This document shows positions 44,411 through 56,166 of a stretch of DNA of 64,000 nucleotides, in pieces (the stretch's first letter is position 1; every line of letters begins with the position of its first letter). Made by a program: the position numbers and the translations under genes. The notes beneath the pieces were generated by a model. It did not search any database, had not been told where the DNA came from, and was given only the letters and a program-made list of their open reading frames with translations. Source of the DNA: an uncultured Methanosarcinaceae archaeon (GTDB lineage Archaea; Halobacteriota; Methanosarcinia; Methanosarcinales; Methanosarcinaceae); the NCBI GenBank assembly GCA_963733675.1, contig CAVTET010000001.1:448001-512000 (forward strand). Reading direction: 5' to 3'.

Positions 44411-44845
44411 TTATTTTTTGATCTCATTGACTTCCTGTCCGATAACTTCTATATAGCCCTCGCTTCCATTCACCAAAACAAGGTCTCCATCCTTTAAAAT
44501 TTTGTAAGGATTTTTTTCGAGCATATCAATGAGTGGGATTTCGGAAATAATGGCACCGACCGCTACTATGGGTTCGGTTTCCAGATTTATAATAGCTGCA
44601 GGTGCAACACCATTTTTTTTAAGTTGATACATCACATACGAGCCAACTGTCGAGCCTTTTCCGTAGGGAAAAATAAGAACTTTATTTTTGATTGATTTCC
44701 CTACAATAGCATGATTTTCTTCAGATACAACCCCAGTTTTTGGGTCTACACTGCCAAGGAAGGAAATTGGATCTGTGGAAAGCAGTGCTTCTCCTTTTGC
44801 GCACCCTCTGGAAATTGTCCTGCCTTTCAATTTAATGGGACTCAC
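44411..44845 (-). CDS. Phosphomevalonate dehydratase small subunit (DUF126, AcnX swivel domain)
   Basis: ISFLGSVDPKTG and GKGSTVGSY; overlaps the AcnX large subunit gene. Confidence 0.88.
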   Translation of the reverse strand: MSPIKLKGRTISRGCAKGEALLSTDPISFLGSVDPKTGVVSEENHAIVGKSIKNKVLIFPYGKGSTVGSYVMYQLKKNGVAPAAIINLETEPIVAVGAIISEIPLIDMLEKNPYKILKDGDLVLVNGSEGYIEVIGQEVNEIKK

Positions 44846-46038
44846 CTGTCTTTTTTCTCAGTCCTGCCGAGTGCCTCATCGATGCAATCTTCCATACGGC
44901 CATATACTGCTTCAGCATTGCACATTCCTGGTATGTAAGAAAATGCTTTTCCTGAATTAACCATAACGCAGGAGTAACTGTTAGTAGCTGGCGAGACCAC
45001 CATGCAAGTATCACAGACAACTTTCGCTCCACTTTTTTCAATTATCCGAATGTGGTAAGGATAGCGTTTTGCAATTTCCCTCGAGGTAAAAATCCATAAC
45101 TCTTTTGAAACTGTTTTTCCAACTAGAAGGTCGGCTACCCTTTTAAGTTCGGCTGCAGAGCAATGTGGACATCCAATAGTGATCAATTCAGGCTCTCTGC
45201 AGTTTTTTCTCCGACTCTCATAAATTTCGTCTAGCTGGTCTCTTTCGATAGTAATTTTTTCATCTGGTTTCTCAAAGTTCAACCTGCAGATCTCAGGAGT
45301 AACCCCATCTACGTGATAAAGGGCAACTGATCCTGAGGCTGCCATTGCAGCTCCAAGAGCTTTTAATTCGTCAGCTTTCGGAACACGTATGAGGTGAAAA
45401 ACTGGCACTTTGTTCTTTATAAGTTTGCCAGCCACGTAGCCAAGTGCTCCATAATCAGATTCCTGTAACGGACATTCTACATCAACTGAGACTTCAGGTA
45501 CGCGATTTTTATCCAGGTGGAACCCGTAATTTGCAGTTTTCCCTATAAGGGCCGCAGAAAGAGCTGAAGGCCCCCCTTCCCTATTTGTCCGAGCTCCAAT
45601 CACAGAATTTACATAAGAGACAGCTGATGACTCACTCCATGCCAGATGATCACCATAACAAACTTCAAAGCCCTCAAGAGTATATGGTGTGCATGTGCAT
45701 TCGCAGTTGATTCCTAACTTTTCATAGGCTTGAACAATTGATTTTTGCTTTTCCGCAAAATCAGGCGAGATCCGGAGTCTTTTCCAATCTTTGAGGTCCA
45801 TTCCCGCAGGATTCAGAATCGTAGGAACCTTAACTCTACTCTGTAGACCTGAAATCCATTCAAGACCTGCATCGCCTATAGTTTTGTAGGAGACGCCTGC
45901 TATCTGGGCACTTTTTATAGGAATAAGCCTTTCGGCACCGTAAATATCTCCAAGGGTCACTAGTATCTCAATGGCCTGCCTTAGAGTATTCCCAGCTTCT
46001 CCATTCAGGATCTGCTCTTCTTCTTGTGTGAGGTACAT
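44842..46038 (-). CDS. Phosphomevalonate dehydratase large subunit (DUF521, aconitase X)
   Basis: GVSYKTIG, CTCTPY, ESSAV, IGCPH and DTCMVVSP. Confidence 0.88.
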   Translation of the reverse strand: MYLTQEEEQILNGEAGNTLRQAIEILVTLGDIYGAERLIPIKSAQIAGVSYKTIGDAGLEWISGLQSRVKVPTILNPAGMDLKDWKRLRISPDFAEKQKSIVQAYEKLGINCECTCTPYTLEGFEVCYGDHLAWSESSAVSYVNSVIGARTNREGGPSALSAALIGKTANYGFHLDKNRVPEVSVDVECPLQESDYGALGYVAGKLIKNKVPVFHLIRVPKADELKALGAAMAASGSVALYHVDGVTPEICRLNFEKPDEKITIERDQLDEIYESRRKNCREPELITIGCPHCSAAELKRVADLLVGKTVSKELWIFTSREIAKRYPYHIRIIEKSGAKVVCDTCMVVSPATNSYSCVMVNSGKAFSYIPGMCNAEAVYGRMEDCIDEALGRTEKKDR

Positions 46039-46101
46039 GAAAACTCATTCTGTAATTAATAATACTTGACAGACTTCTTCCATCTCGACGGTTTTTTAAT
46101 A

Positions 46102-47400
46102 TTATAGAGGCTCTGATGAGGTGTCTTTTATTTGTTCTTCTGGGATTACTGCTCTTTCAAAATTTTCTTTTTCTTTCAGGACCTTTGTAGCGTCAATTCC
46201 AACCTTTGTGGTGGTTCCGTCAGGAGCTCCCCTTGGATCTAAGGAACTGCCGCGAACATTTGGAATAATAAGGATATCTATATCTCCTTTTACCCGTGTA
46301 GCGATTGCAAAATCAATATCTTTAGGGTCAAAGATATTTATATCATCGTCCACAACCACTAAATGCTTGAGGCTCGTATGGGCGGCAAAAGCTGCCATAA
46401 TAGCGTTTTTCCCGTCTCCTTCGGTCTGTTTTTCTATTTGAATAACTGCATGGAGGTAGCAGCAGCCTCCTTCTGTTAAAACTACATTTCTAACATTTGT
46501 GACTTCTCCTACAGCTCTGTAAATCCTAGGTTCGTAAGGCAAGCCCATCATCAGGTGGTGTTCGGGGCCAGCTGGTAGAATCCCGTGGTAAATCGGGTCT
46601 TTTCTGTGAATAATTCTGGTGATATTTGCTACAGGTTCTTTTCTTACCACGTCGTAGGTTCCGGTAATATCCACAAAGGGCCCTTCATCAATTTTTTCCA
46701 CAGAACTAATATATCCCTCAAGCACAATCTCAGCATGAGGGACCTTTACTCTGTTTGAGCATTCAAAAAGCTCAACAGGTGCTCCTCGCAAGGCGGATGC
46801 ATATTCAAATTCTTTTCCCACAGGAACTCTTGTCGATGTAGCATAAATGATCTTTGGGTCGCACCCAAGCACGATTGCAATAGGTAGATGTTCGCCTCTT
46901 TCGGCGGCTTTTTTATGCAGGAGGTATGTATGTCTTGGGGAAACCAAACGGACTGCAAGTTTATCTTTTCCTACAAGCATAAGACGGTGAATTGAGGCAT
47001 TCATGATGCCCCCGTATTCTGAGACTATAATGCCTGCGGTTATATAAGGTGCCCCGTCTTTTTCAAAATGAGTAAGAATCGGTAGTTTCGTCAGGTCAAC
47101 CTGATTTTCCACAACTTCCAGGGTAGGAGACTCTGATACTAGCTTGACTGTGCCTTCAGGGCACACTTCTGAAAGTTTCTTTATAATTTCTTCTTTTGGA
47201 ACTCCTAACATGGAAGCCAGTTCCTCTCTTGATCCTAGAAGATTCATTATAACCTTTGACCCTGAGATATTATGGAAAAGAACTGGAGCTGGGGTAGTTT
47301 TTGCAATTCTTGAAGCTTCGAATCTTGGAGAAACGGGTTGTTGAATTTCTACCAATTTTCCGCTTTCTTTCAATTGGTTGATAAAAGATCTAAAACTCAT
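46102..47400 (-). CDS. UbiD-family decarboxylase, probable anhydromevalonate phosphate decarboxylase
   Basis: NASIHR, EGPFVDITGTY and GSSLDP; adjacent to the AcnX subunits. Confidence 0.85.
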   Translation of the reverse strand: MSFRSFINQLKESGKLVEIQQPVSPRFEASRIAKTTPAPVLFHNISGSKVIMNLLGSREELASMLGVPKEEIIKKLSEVCPEGTVKLVSESPTLEVVENQVDLTKLPILTHFEKDGAPYITAGIIVSEYGGIMNASIHRLMLVGKDKLAVRLVSPRHTYLLHKKAAERGEHLPIAIVLGCDPKIIYATSTRVPVGKEFEYASALRGAPVELFECSNRVKVPHAEIVLEGYISSVEKIDEGPFVDITGTYDVVRKEPVANITRIIHRKDPIYHGILPAGPEHHLMMGLPYEPRIYRAVGEVTNVRNVVLTEGGCCYLHAVIQIEKQTEGDGKNAIMAAFAAHTSLKHLVVVDDDINIFDPKDIDFAIATRVKGDIDILIIPNVRGSSLDPRGAPDGTTTKVGIDATKVLKEKENFERAVIPEEQIKDTSSEPL

Positions 47401-47648
47401 GAATATCTGAATATCAAAAAGCTGTTAGATGATAAAAAGATTATCGGGTCATCAAAAACAAATTTCTTTATGCTACTAACTATCATTTATCAAATAGAAC
47501 AGGATGAAACAGAGATATTATGCCTGTGAATCCAATTTTATCTCAAGGTCATATTTTGTATAAAGTTCTGTTTGAGAATGAGTTATAGTCTATTTTATTT
47601 TTCTTCCTGTCTTATTGATTTTCAGGGGAAACTTAATTTTTTGAAATC

Positions 47649-48716
47649 TTAGCATTCATCAAGCATGAAAGCTCTGGGCCTTATGATCCTTTTCTTCTCA
47701 TACTGGTCGAAACAGTGGGCTATCCAACCTGAGACTCTGCCAATTGCAAAGATTGATGTTGCAAGCTGTGGGGGAATGTCCATATATCTATAGATAACTC
47801 CTGAGTAGAAGTCTACATTTGGATATATTGGCTTCCCTTTTTTCTCCACAATCTCACGGATAACGGTTATTTCAATTGCTTCGGCTGTTTCATACCAATG
47901 CATGTCTCCTTTTGTTTCTGCTAGCTGCTTGGAAAGCTGCTTGAATACAGTACCTCTTGGATCATAAGTTTTGTATACTCTGTGCCCAAAACCCATGATT
48001 TTCTCATTTTTTGAAATTTTTTCGAGGACAATTTTTTCTGCATTTTCTGGGCAGGCGATTTCTTCTATCATATTCATAACTTCTGTCCTTGCCCCTCCAT
48101 GCAAGGGACCTTTGAGGGCACATAGCCCGGAAACAACAACTGAGTACAAATCTGCAAGTGTGGAAGCTGTGACTCTTGATGAGAACGTTGAAGCATTTAG
48201 CTCATGTTCGGCACTGAGAATAAAGTCTTTTTCCATGACCTCAGCTTCTAATTTACTTGGCTTGCTTCCTCTTATCATGTATAGGAAGTTGGCTCCGTGT
48301 GAGAGGGATATATCAGGAGGTATAGGTTCCTTTCCATTTGCCACTCTGTAATATGCAGCAATGATGGTTGGAATCTTGGCAATTAATCGTATGGCTTTTC
48401 TCATATTTCCTTCAGGAGTGCTGTCGTATATATCAGGATCGAATTGTGACATGAAAGAAACAATCGTACGCAGAGTTTCTATAGCGTCAATATTGAAATT
48501 ATACATGCTGATAATGTTAATTATTTCCCTGTTGATTTCACGCTCCCCATGCAGATGGGCTGAGTAAACGGCAAGTTCTTGAGCTCCTGGTAGTTCTCCC
48601 TGGATAAGCAGATAGGAAACAGAATCATAGGTCAGCTCAACCAGCTGGTTGATATCTATTTCCCTGTATTTTAGAATGCCCTCCAACCCGTCGATGAAAC
48701 ATATATTTTTACTCAT
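47649..48716 (-). CDS. Citrate synthase family protein
   Basis: EHELNAST, GPLHGGA, GFGHRVYKTYDPR and PNVDFYS. Confidence 0.92.
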   Translation of the reverse strand: MSKNICFIDGLEGILKYREIDINQLVELTYDSVSYLLIQGELPGAQELAVYSAHLHGEREINREIINIISMYNFNIDAIETLRTIVSFMSQFDPDIYDSTPEGNMRKAIRLIAKIPTIIAAYYRVANGKEPIPPDISLSHGANFLYMIRGSKPSKLEAEVMEKDFILSAEHELNASTFSSRVTASTLADLYSVVVSGLCALKGPLHGGARTEVMNMIEEIACPENAEKIVLEKISKNEKIMGFGHRVYKTYDPRGTVFKQLSKQLAETKGDMHWYETAEAIEITVIREIVEKKGKPIYPNVDFYSGVIYRYMDIPPQLATSIFAIGRVSGWIAHCFDQYEKKRIIRPRAFMLDEC

Positions 48717-49380
48717 TTTCTACCTCGTGGTTGTGCTTAGAGGATTTTCAAAAAACTTTGAAATATAGGGGATCCTCTGTTTATGCGTGAAAGATTTAAC
48801 ACGAAGGGTCTTTTGGACCCAAAAATAGGGGGATAATACATTTATATTATTGTTGAATAAGTATATTAAATTTGTTGAATTTGTATCACTACATATATAT
48901 AGAATATTCAGATTCATCCTTGATTTTATTCTTTGTGGGACTCCTATCCAAATCTTGCTTGCTAATCCTGTATTTGATTTTATTTTTTTGATTATCATTC
49001 GTAACTATCCATCTTAATAAAAATCAGTCGAATTGTATATATTTTGAAGCAATAGAATCTGCAGGTTAATAACTGATTATAAGCTCAAAAACATAATTAA
49101 TAGCCGACAGCTAAATACAATCAATCAACCAAAATATACTCAGTGAGTATTAGCAAAGTTGGTTATTGTCATTGCTTTGTCAGAGCTGAAAATTACCTGA
49201 TTTTTGATTTTCTGGTTCATTATTCTTTGATTTTAAGGATAAATCGGAATCCTCATATTACTTCATTATTGATATTATTATTAATTTGGTTTGTCAGCAA
49301 GTGCTCTAATTGCTTAAATATCCATGTAATTTACATCCATGTAGTTTTATACTATACCAAATAAAGAGTAACTGGAAAAT

Positions 49381-50037
49381 ATGTTTGATATGAACACATC
49401 TTATCTAGCGAGTGATGGAGAAAGTGAAAGAATTCAGAATATCTTGAGAAGTCCATCAATAGCAATCATTGCTCTCTGCACACTTTCTTTCTTTTTAGAA
49501 CTTATCATAGGATCTTCCTATTTAAGTACTTTTGAATTTGACCCTAGTTCCATTGTGACTAGACCTTGGACACTTGTCACATACATCTTTCTGCATAATG
49601 GTTTAGGGCACCTTTTCTTCAATATGTTCGTTTTATTCTTCTTAGGAACTACAATTGAGAGAATTATTGGGAAAAGGCAGTTTCTTGGTGTTTTTTTTGC
49701 TTCAGGAATTCTATCTGCAATAGGGTACAATTTTTTAAGCCAGCCCATTTTCAATATATCTCCAGGCTCGATGATTGGTGCAAGTGGAGCGATATATGGT
49801 ATCTTTGCAGCTCTTACAATTTTTGAGCCGAATTTAAGGGTTTATGTCTATTTTATTCCAATGAGTCTTAAATATGCCCTCTTGCTTTTTGCTCTTTTTG
49901 ACTTTTATATGGCTAATTCATTGGACATGATAGCTCATACAGCCCATCTTAGTGGACTTTTGGTTGGACTCTATATGGGTTCTCGCATAAAGAAAACTCA
50001 TATAAAATATTCTAAATTCAGGCAAATAGGTAGGTGA
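49381..50037 (+). CDS. Rhomboid intramembrane serine protease
   Basis: HLFFNM, GASGA and AHLSG, with multiple TM segments. Confidence 0.9.
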   Translation: MFDMNTSYLASDGESERIQNILRSPSIAIIALCTLSFFLELIIGSSYLSTFEFDPSSIVTRPWTLVTYIFLHNGLGHLFFNMFVLFFLGTTIERIIGKRQFLGVFFASGILSAIGYNFLSQPIFNISPGSMIGASGAIYGIFAALTIFEPNLRVYVYFIPMSLKYALLLFALFDFYMANSLDMIAHTAHLSGLLVGLYMGSRIKKTHIKYSKFRQIGR

Positions 50038-50456
50038 TTAGTCTGCGTAAGGAGAATCTTCTCCGAAATATATCTTTTTATCCAAAACCTGAGCCGGGAG
50101 TAAAAATTCCTGTACAAGTCCTAAATTTCAGAAGGCTATTTGCAGCGTGGTCACCAGAGCTGAAAAAAACCTTATATTTTGAAAAACTGCCTGAAAATGA
50201 GAACCTAAAAAGGGTGAGGAAAATAATTCTTCTTCAGGTTTTTGACTGGCTTGCTTGCAGAGAAGGGTTAATCGAACTTAAGGATCTTGAATTTGAGCGG
50301 TTTATGGAAGTTTATGAGAAATTTCTGCAAAATTTAGGGGAAATCCAGTATATTAGGCAGAAAAGAGGAAGAAGTGCAGAAAATATTTTTGAACTTGAGG
50401 AATCTCCTTATGTTCTCAGAGAGGTAAAAAAAGGACAATTTTCCGATAAATTATAG
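50034..50456 (+). CDS. Hypothetical protein, translationally coupled to the rhomboid gene
   Basis: 140-aa ORF with a GTGA start/stop overlap and protein-like composition. Confidence 0.7.
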   Translation: MISLRKENLLRNISFYPKPEPGVKIPVQVLNFRRLFAAWSPELKKTLYFEKLPENENLKRVRKIILLQVFDWLACREGLIELKDLEFERFMEVYEKFLQNLGEIQYIRQKRGRSAENIFELEESPYVLREVKKGQFSDKL

Positions 50457-50617
50457 GACTCTATAAAGTAATTCAACAGCTTGAACAAAATTAGATAGAT
50501 AGGGTGCTTTTTTCAGAAATAAATGATTGATTATTTAGAGTATTATTGAGAATATATAAGTTAATGTGCTGTATAGATTTTCTAATAATAAGCCAATAAA
50601 TATCATCCAGTTAGAGT

Positions 50618-51196
50618 ATGAAAAATAGTGGCAAGTTAGATTCCATGGCGATTAAATATAATACTCTTTTTATTAATCAGCATGTTTTTATTGTATGCGA
50701 CTGCATTTACAGTAACCTTTGCCTTGAAATCTGCTGCAAAGTTATATTACCTTACTCCACAGCATAATTTGTGGCTCAGAGCCAACATGAATGATAGCAC
50801 ACAACATTTCAATGTGTATAATACACCTGGATATTCTCCAAACGGGGATACAGTCATGTGGGCATACGATAACTTTAGCTCCGGCCGCTTGAATACATCA
50901 AATTGGGCAGCTTACAAAGAAGGAAGCAATAATTCAACAGTAGATGTCCAAAATGGAAATTTGTTTTTGTCAGGCTCTGGTAACACATCTCTGCGAATGT
51001 TGTGCTGAATGAACTATTCACGAAAGGCATTGAATTGCCAGTCAATGAAACACTAGCCGGGGATGCTCATGACGCGAGTACACATTCTGATGCCCCTTTT
51101 GGTTCCGGAGCACTTGTATGTGGGATCGAAGGAGCTTATCGAAAATTAGCTATAGAATATTTAGATAAATCTCTCAATTTCGTCATATGCGTATAA
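50618..51196 (+). pseudogene. Fragmented surface/secreted protein
   Basis: Broken signal peptide (IILFLLISMFLLYATAF), then YNTPGYSPNGDTVMWAYDNFSSG in short frameshifted ORFs. Confidence 0.45.
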
Positions 51197-51379
51197 ATTA
51201 TACATAAATGACTAGGGAAACTCGGAGCTTTATAGAAACCCTCATTATAAACAAACAGCAAAAAATTATGGTTAATATAAATGTTCAATTGTATTTATAA
51301 CCCATTTTCACAAATGCACACAAAAATATAATCTATTTTCTAGATATGAAAGTAGATTAAAAATTAATTCAACTTTCAA

Positions 51380-51520
51380 TGAATAATGACTCCAAAATAC
51401 ATCATGCGAAGATTACGGTCAAGAAAGCAGAATAATTGGATGAATGTTTGTATTCCTACACCTTATTCACCTGATCTAGATCCATTTGAATTTATCTGTT
51501 AGAGTGTAAAAGAAAGATTT
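51380..51520 (+). mobile_element. IS630-family transposase remnant
   Basis: SKIHHAKITVKKAE and PYSPDLDPFEFI; homologous to 3727-3880. Confidence 0.65.
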
Positions 51521-52244
51521 TTCAAAATAAATAATTGTACAATTGTGAGACTTCCTACTTTCCTCCTTTGATGTGTTTTCTTGCTCCCTTTTTAATCTGT
51601 AATAGTTAATGAGTCTCATGTATAACTTCAAATACCATGTTCAATGATTTTCCAACCATAGTATAGGTATTTAGCATAAAGATTGATATTTAGCATAAAA
51701 AAGAATATTTTTGGCTTTTAGAACCCTTAAAAGCCTTAATTTGATAGTTTAATATTAATATTCAAAGGAATATTCATACTTGATATAAATTAAAGAAATA
51801 ATTATTATTATCCGAAAATTTTCTGCCACTTGATCTTCATTTTTCCAAATTTTAGTCAAATTTTTGATATTGAGTTTGACAGATTAAAAATATCACAGAA
51901 AAACTGATCTACTAAAACATCTTTTTTCAGCTTTTTAATCGAAAGCTGACAAATTTGCGACAAGTGTTATAACATTTTCGACGGCTAGGAAATAATATGT
52001 GATGAAAAAATAAGAATTCATTCTGAATGAAATTTATACTGTAAAAATGCAGTAGCTGGATATAAATGAGCTAACTCTACGTTCTTTATGATTCAGTTAT
52101 TAACCATATATATTTATACTTAGATAAGATCATTTGGCTTATTTATCATTTTAACATCTTATTTTTAGGATATTATTATATATCTCAATTGTTTCTATAG
52201 ATTATGCCAAATTGATTAGAATATTTAAAGGGGGATTATTTATT

Positions 52245-53240
52245 ATGAAGGATAAACGAAAAGTTCAGTTTACTGGAAACTCTACATATATTGTGTCTCT
52301 CCCCATAAAATGGGTGAGAGAAATAGGTCTTGAAGCCGGAGACACGCTTACTCTTGCCTCCATGCCTAATAAATCCCTGCTGGTATCTTACAGTAAAACT
52401 TCAAGGGATTACCACAAGTCTACGATTGAATATATTCACTCAGATAGTGCGGAAAACAACCTCCGGATTCTTATATCTCATTATCTTGCAGGTTATGATT
52501 CTATTAGGTTGACCACCAAAAAAGGTTTTAATGCTTATGACCGCAAGTTTATCAAGGATGCTGTGCGTCAGAAATTGATAGGTCTTGAACTTGTAGAAGA
52601 GTCCAGAAATGAACTGGTTTTCCAATGCTTGCTCAATTACAATGACCTTCCTCTTAACCGAGTAATCAAAAACATGCATGGCCTTGTAATCTCCATGCTC
52701 GAAGATTCTATGACCGCCCTTCAGGGCCATAATTTGGAAATTGCCGAAGATGTAATCCAGAGAGATGACGATGTGGATCGCTTTTATCTTCTTGCTGTCC
52801 GCCAACTCAAAGCTGCAATTGAAGATATTGAACTCTCTGAAAACATCGGAATCCAGCATCCACGAGATTGTCTGGGATACAGGCTTATTACAAAGTGTAT
52901 TGAGCGTATAGGAGATCATGCTGTCAAGATCGCTAAAAACATCCTAAAAATGGGTGCAGGAAGAAATGCTAATGATCCTATCTTTAAAATGGCTGAACTC
53001 TCACGAAAGGTTTTCGAAAGCTCAATAAACTCATTGACAGAAGAAGATCTTCAGATTATCAACAGAATCGTTGTGGAAGCAAAAAATATTTCTCAACTAG
53101 GAGTTTCCCTGGAGGCACAGGAATGTGAAAGTCCGGATTATGTTGAAATTAGCATGATCCTGGAGAGCCTCCGTAGGGTAGCCGAATATAGTGCTGATAT
53201 CGCAGAAGTTTCAATCAATATAAATGTAAAAAAGATATGA
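52245..53240 (+). CDS. Phosphate uptake regulator (AbrB + PhoU domains)
   Basis: RKVQFTGNSTYIVSLPIKW, DDDVDRFY, ERIGDHA and RRVAEY..DIAE. Confidence 0.9.
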   Translation: MKDKRKVQFTGNSTYIVSLPIKWVREIGLEAGDTLTLASMPNKSLLVSYSKTSRDYHKSTIEYIHSDSAENNLRILISHYLAGYDSIRLTTKKGFNAYDRKFIKDAVRQKLIGLELVEESRNELVFQCLLNYNDLPLNRVIKNMHGLVISMLEDSMTALQGHNLEIAEDVIQRDDDVDRFYLLAVRQLKAAIEDIELSENIGIQHPRDCLGYRLITKCIERIGDHAVKIAKNILKMGAGRNANDPIFKMAELSRKVFESSINSLTEEDLQIINRIVVEAKNISQLGVSLEAQECESPDYVEISMILESLRRVAEYSADIAEVSININVKKI

Positions 53241-53501
53241 GCCTCAAATGTTTTATCCTGAGATAAGTTCTCATTAAATATATCAGGTTGAATTCATTTT
53301 CTGTTGCGAATCGCAATTCTAGAAAGAGCAGGTGAATCATCGTTCACAAAAAGAACGACGAAAATACCTCACTATAGCTGAGATCCTTGAATCTCAGCTC
53401 ACCAAGATCAACGGCTCTTGAAGAATACCATGATGCCTATACTGAACCTCTTATTGGCTCGAATCTTGGCCGACCAAAAGAACCTTTTGATGATGATGAA
53501 A

Positions 53502-55730
53502 TCAACTACAGCACGCTAAAGCTGTAGGGCTTGACGGCCCTTCGGAGTTCGCAATTTAATTCAGTAGACTCAAAGGCTAATCTAAGTCTACTTGGTCTGT
53601 TGACAAGACCTCTATCATTTATCAGTTCTAAAATCGAATCATCAACTATTTTTCGGAATATATTAATTGTTCCATTAATATCAGCATTAATTAACTGCCC
53701 TACATAACTTTTGTACAATTCCCTCTTGATTTTTCGTGATCTAACACATTCAGGTTTTTCAATCGGATGTATATGTTTCATCTACAAGTGGTACCTAGAG
53801 GCTATCCGAAAAGTCCTGCTGATCTGAATGTTATCAATGCGCACGCTAAATGTAGGATAGCAAGGTAATTTTCAATTTTCTTTTCCCATCTTATAAGGAG
53901 TCTTCTGAATCTATTCAGCCAAGAATGTGTCCTTTCTACAACCCATCTTTTTGCCCTAAAACCAGGTATGTCCCTTCTTATGTTTTCTTCCCCGCGACTT
54001 TTGATATGCGCAGTATAACCATATTCTTCAACCAATTTTCTGATATCGTTGAAATCATAACCCTTATCCATGCATATATTCTGAATTATGTCTTCTGTAG
54101 AAGGTCTTTCAAAGAATATGGCGTCTAAAGTCCTTTTTACAAGCTTTTTATCGTGACGATTAGCTCCATCAACGACAACAGAAAGTGGTATGCCTTTACA
54201 ATCAGTTAATAACACTCCTTTTTGTACTTTTTTTGCCACGATCAGTAGGATTGGCTCCTGTTCCAGCTCCACTAATGGTGCTTTTGTCATAGCACCATCA
54301 ATTGATTATCATTCCCATTCTAATCCTTTTTCGAAATCATACTCAACAAGACCAGCCAGCCACATGCTCTCAAATAAGCCTGATAGTTGCCATTACTGAA
54401 ATCGATAATGTACAGTGCTTGGAGCTCCATAAAATCATGGCAATGCTTTCCATTGGCAACCAGTAACAAGGAGATAGAAAATGCCACTCATTATTTTCCT
54501 ATCACCCTTTCTAGGTCTTCAAGACTTCTTTTTTGGCTTAGGTACAGGTAGTAAAGGTTCTATTTTTTTCCAATAATCTTCAGAAAGTTCATAGTCCTGA
54601 ACAATTTTCCGTTTTGTCATTACCACACATGATCTTAAATTGAAAGTATATTATTTTTCGGATAGGCTATTAATACATTAAAAAACAAATTTGTTTATTA
54701 ATTTACCTTTGAATGTACCAAATGGAATCTGTACAAAGTTTTGGTTATTACGTCTGCTTTAATTGATTTCTGTTTAATTCCGGTTGACTCTCCGATTAGA
54801 ACATTGCCTATATTTTTTTAGGCATTGTTTAACCAGATAGTTACTTGCTGGTTCATGAATTCAGTAATTCTATTGTACAGTCCGGTTGACATTTTTATTT
54901 GCCGGGGGATAACTTCTTCAATTTCCTGTAAATTAGGATACTCTGCAATCTAGCATTTTCCTTGTTTATACCATTGGTTGAGAGATATTATATACTTGCC
55001 ATCAATGATTGAAGCAGTCCCATCGGTATCAACAAACGTAGCAAAATTAGAAACCCCAAAGTCTATTTTAAGGCATATAGAGTAATCAAGGTTTAATATT
55101 TCCTTTTTTCTTGATGGATATATCTAATTTTGAACTATTTCCCATCATACATCGGAAGAAGAGGTATCTTTTGAATGTAAGATTTTTTTTGATTTTAAGA
55201 ATATTTGGAAGCTTAACGGTTAAAAGTTTCTTTGCATTTGTACCTTTTTTCATTAACTCCTTTGAGATTCCTCATCTACCGTTTCCAGTTTTGATAGAGA
55301 AAGCATTTTTTGGAAACGATATCATGAAATACTCTTCTTTGTTAAGCTATTGAAGTATATTTGGTTTATCCAATTGTCTTTTTTTATACAGTTCCAAAAA
55401 TCCAAACCAACTTCTCATACTTCTCTTAATATATTTTAGAGATTGCTGACCCGTTGCAGCATGCATTAACTTGTAGTTTTAATTATCTTTACAAAGATGA
55501 GAATTTGAAGGATATTTCAAAAAAAATTGTTCTGGAGAAAGTACTTTCTTGCATTAGACAACCCTAGATTAGATACATTTTACGAGGTTCTGCTAAGCGT
55601 TCTTATGACTTCAAATTGATTCTTACCTTAATCTAAGATTGTTCGTCAAATTTAGCATCGTGTTAACACAATGCTTTGTAAATATGTATACTTCGCTAAA
55701 AGCCGAGGCTGTAATTCATCCCAGCGCTAA
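53502..55730 (-). mobile_element. tnpB: IS200/IS605-family element with tnpB pseudogene (ATG 55658), interrupted by IS5
   Basis: IDFGVSNFATFV (RuvC-I-like), NFVQIPFG and NADINGTINI (RuvC-III-like). Right-end hairpin ctacagc-acgctaaa-gctgtag at 53506-53527. The left boundary is approximate. Confidence 0.8.
53798..54669 (-). mobile_element. IS5-family element, copy 2, transposase pseudogene
   Basis: TIRs gaggctatccgaaaa / ttttcggataggcta; collinear and highly similar to 24153-25025. Confidence 0.92.
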
Positions 55731-56166
55731 ATAAACCGAATTTTCTGTCCCTTCTGCGCTCTAAACTCCATAAATGTTTATAACTATTCAAGGTATATCT
55801 ACCGAAAAAATAAAATATCATGTTTTGAACTAGTATCAGCCAAAAAGTTGAAGAACAACAGAGTATTTTTTTTGACAATTAGGAAGTATTTAAATTAAGT
55901 GTCACAAATTACTCTTCACTTCTTTTAAAGGCGGTAAGCTGTTCTCCCAAAATAATTTACATTTGGATATATATTTCTAAACAAAGCTGCATTACAGAGA
56001 TTTTATGAGTCTTAAAAACTAACTAGAATCTTCAAAACTAAAATAGCCTGAATACTGCGTTTCAACAGTAGTTCGGGGAATATATCAGCTTATATCATGA
56101 GCCAGCGGTTTATACCTAGACAATCCTCTAATTCGATATACACGTGAAATAAGGGTGCATTTAAAT

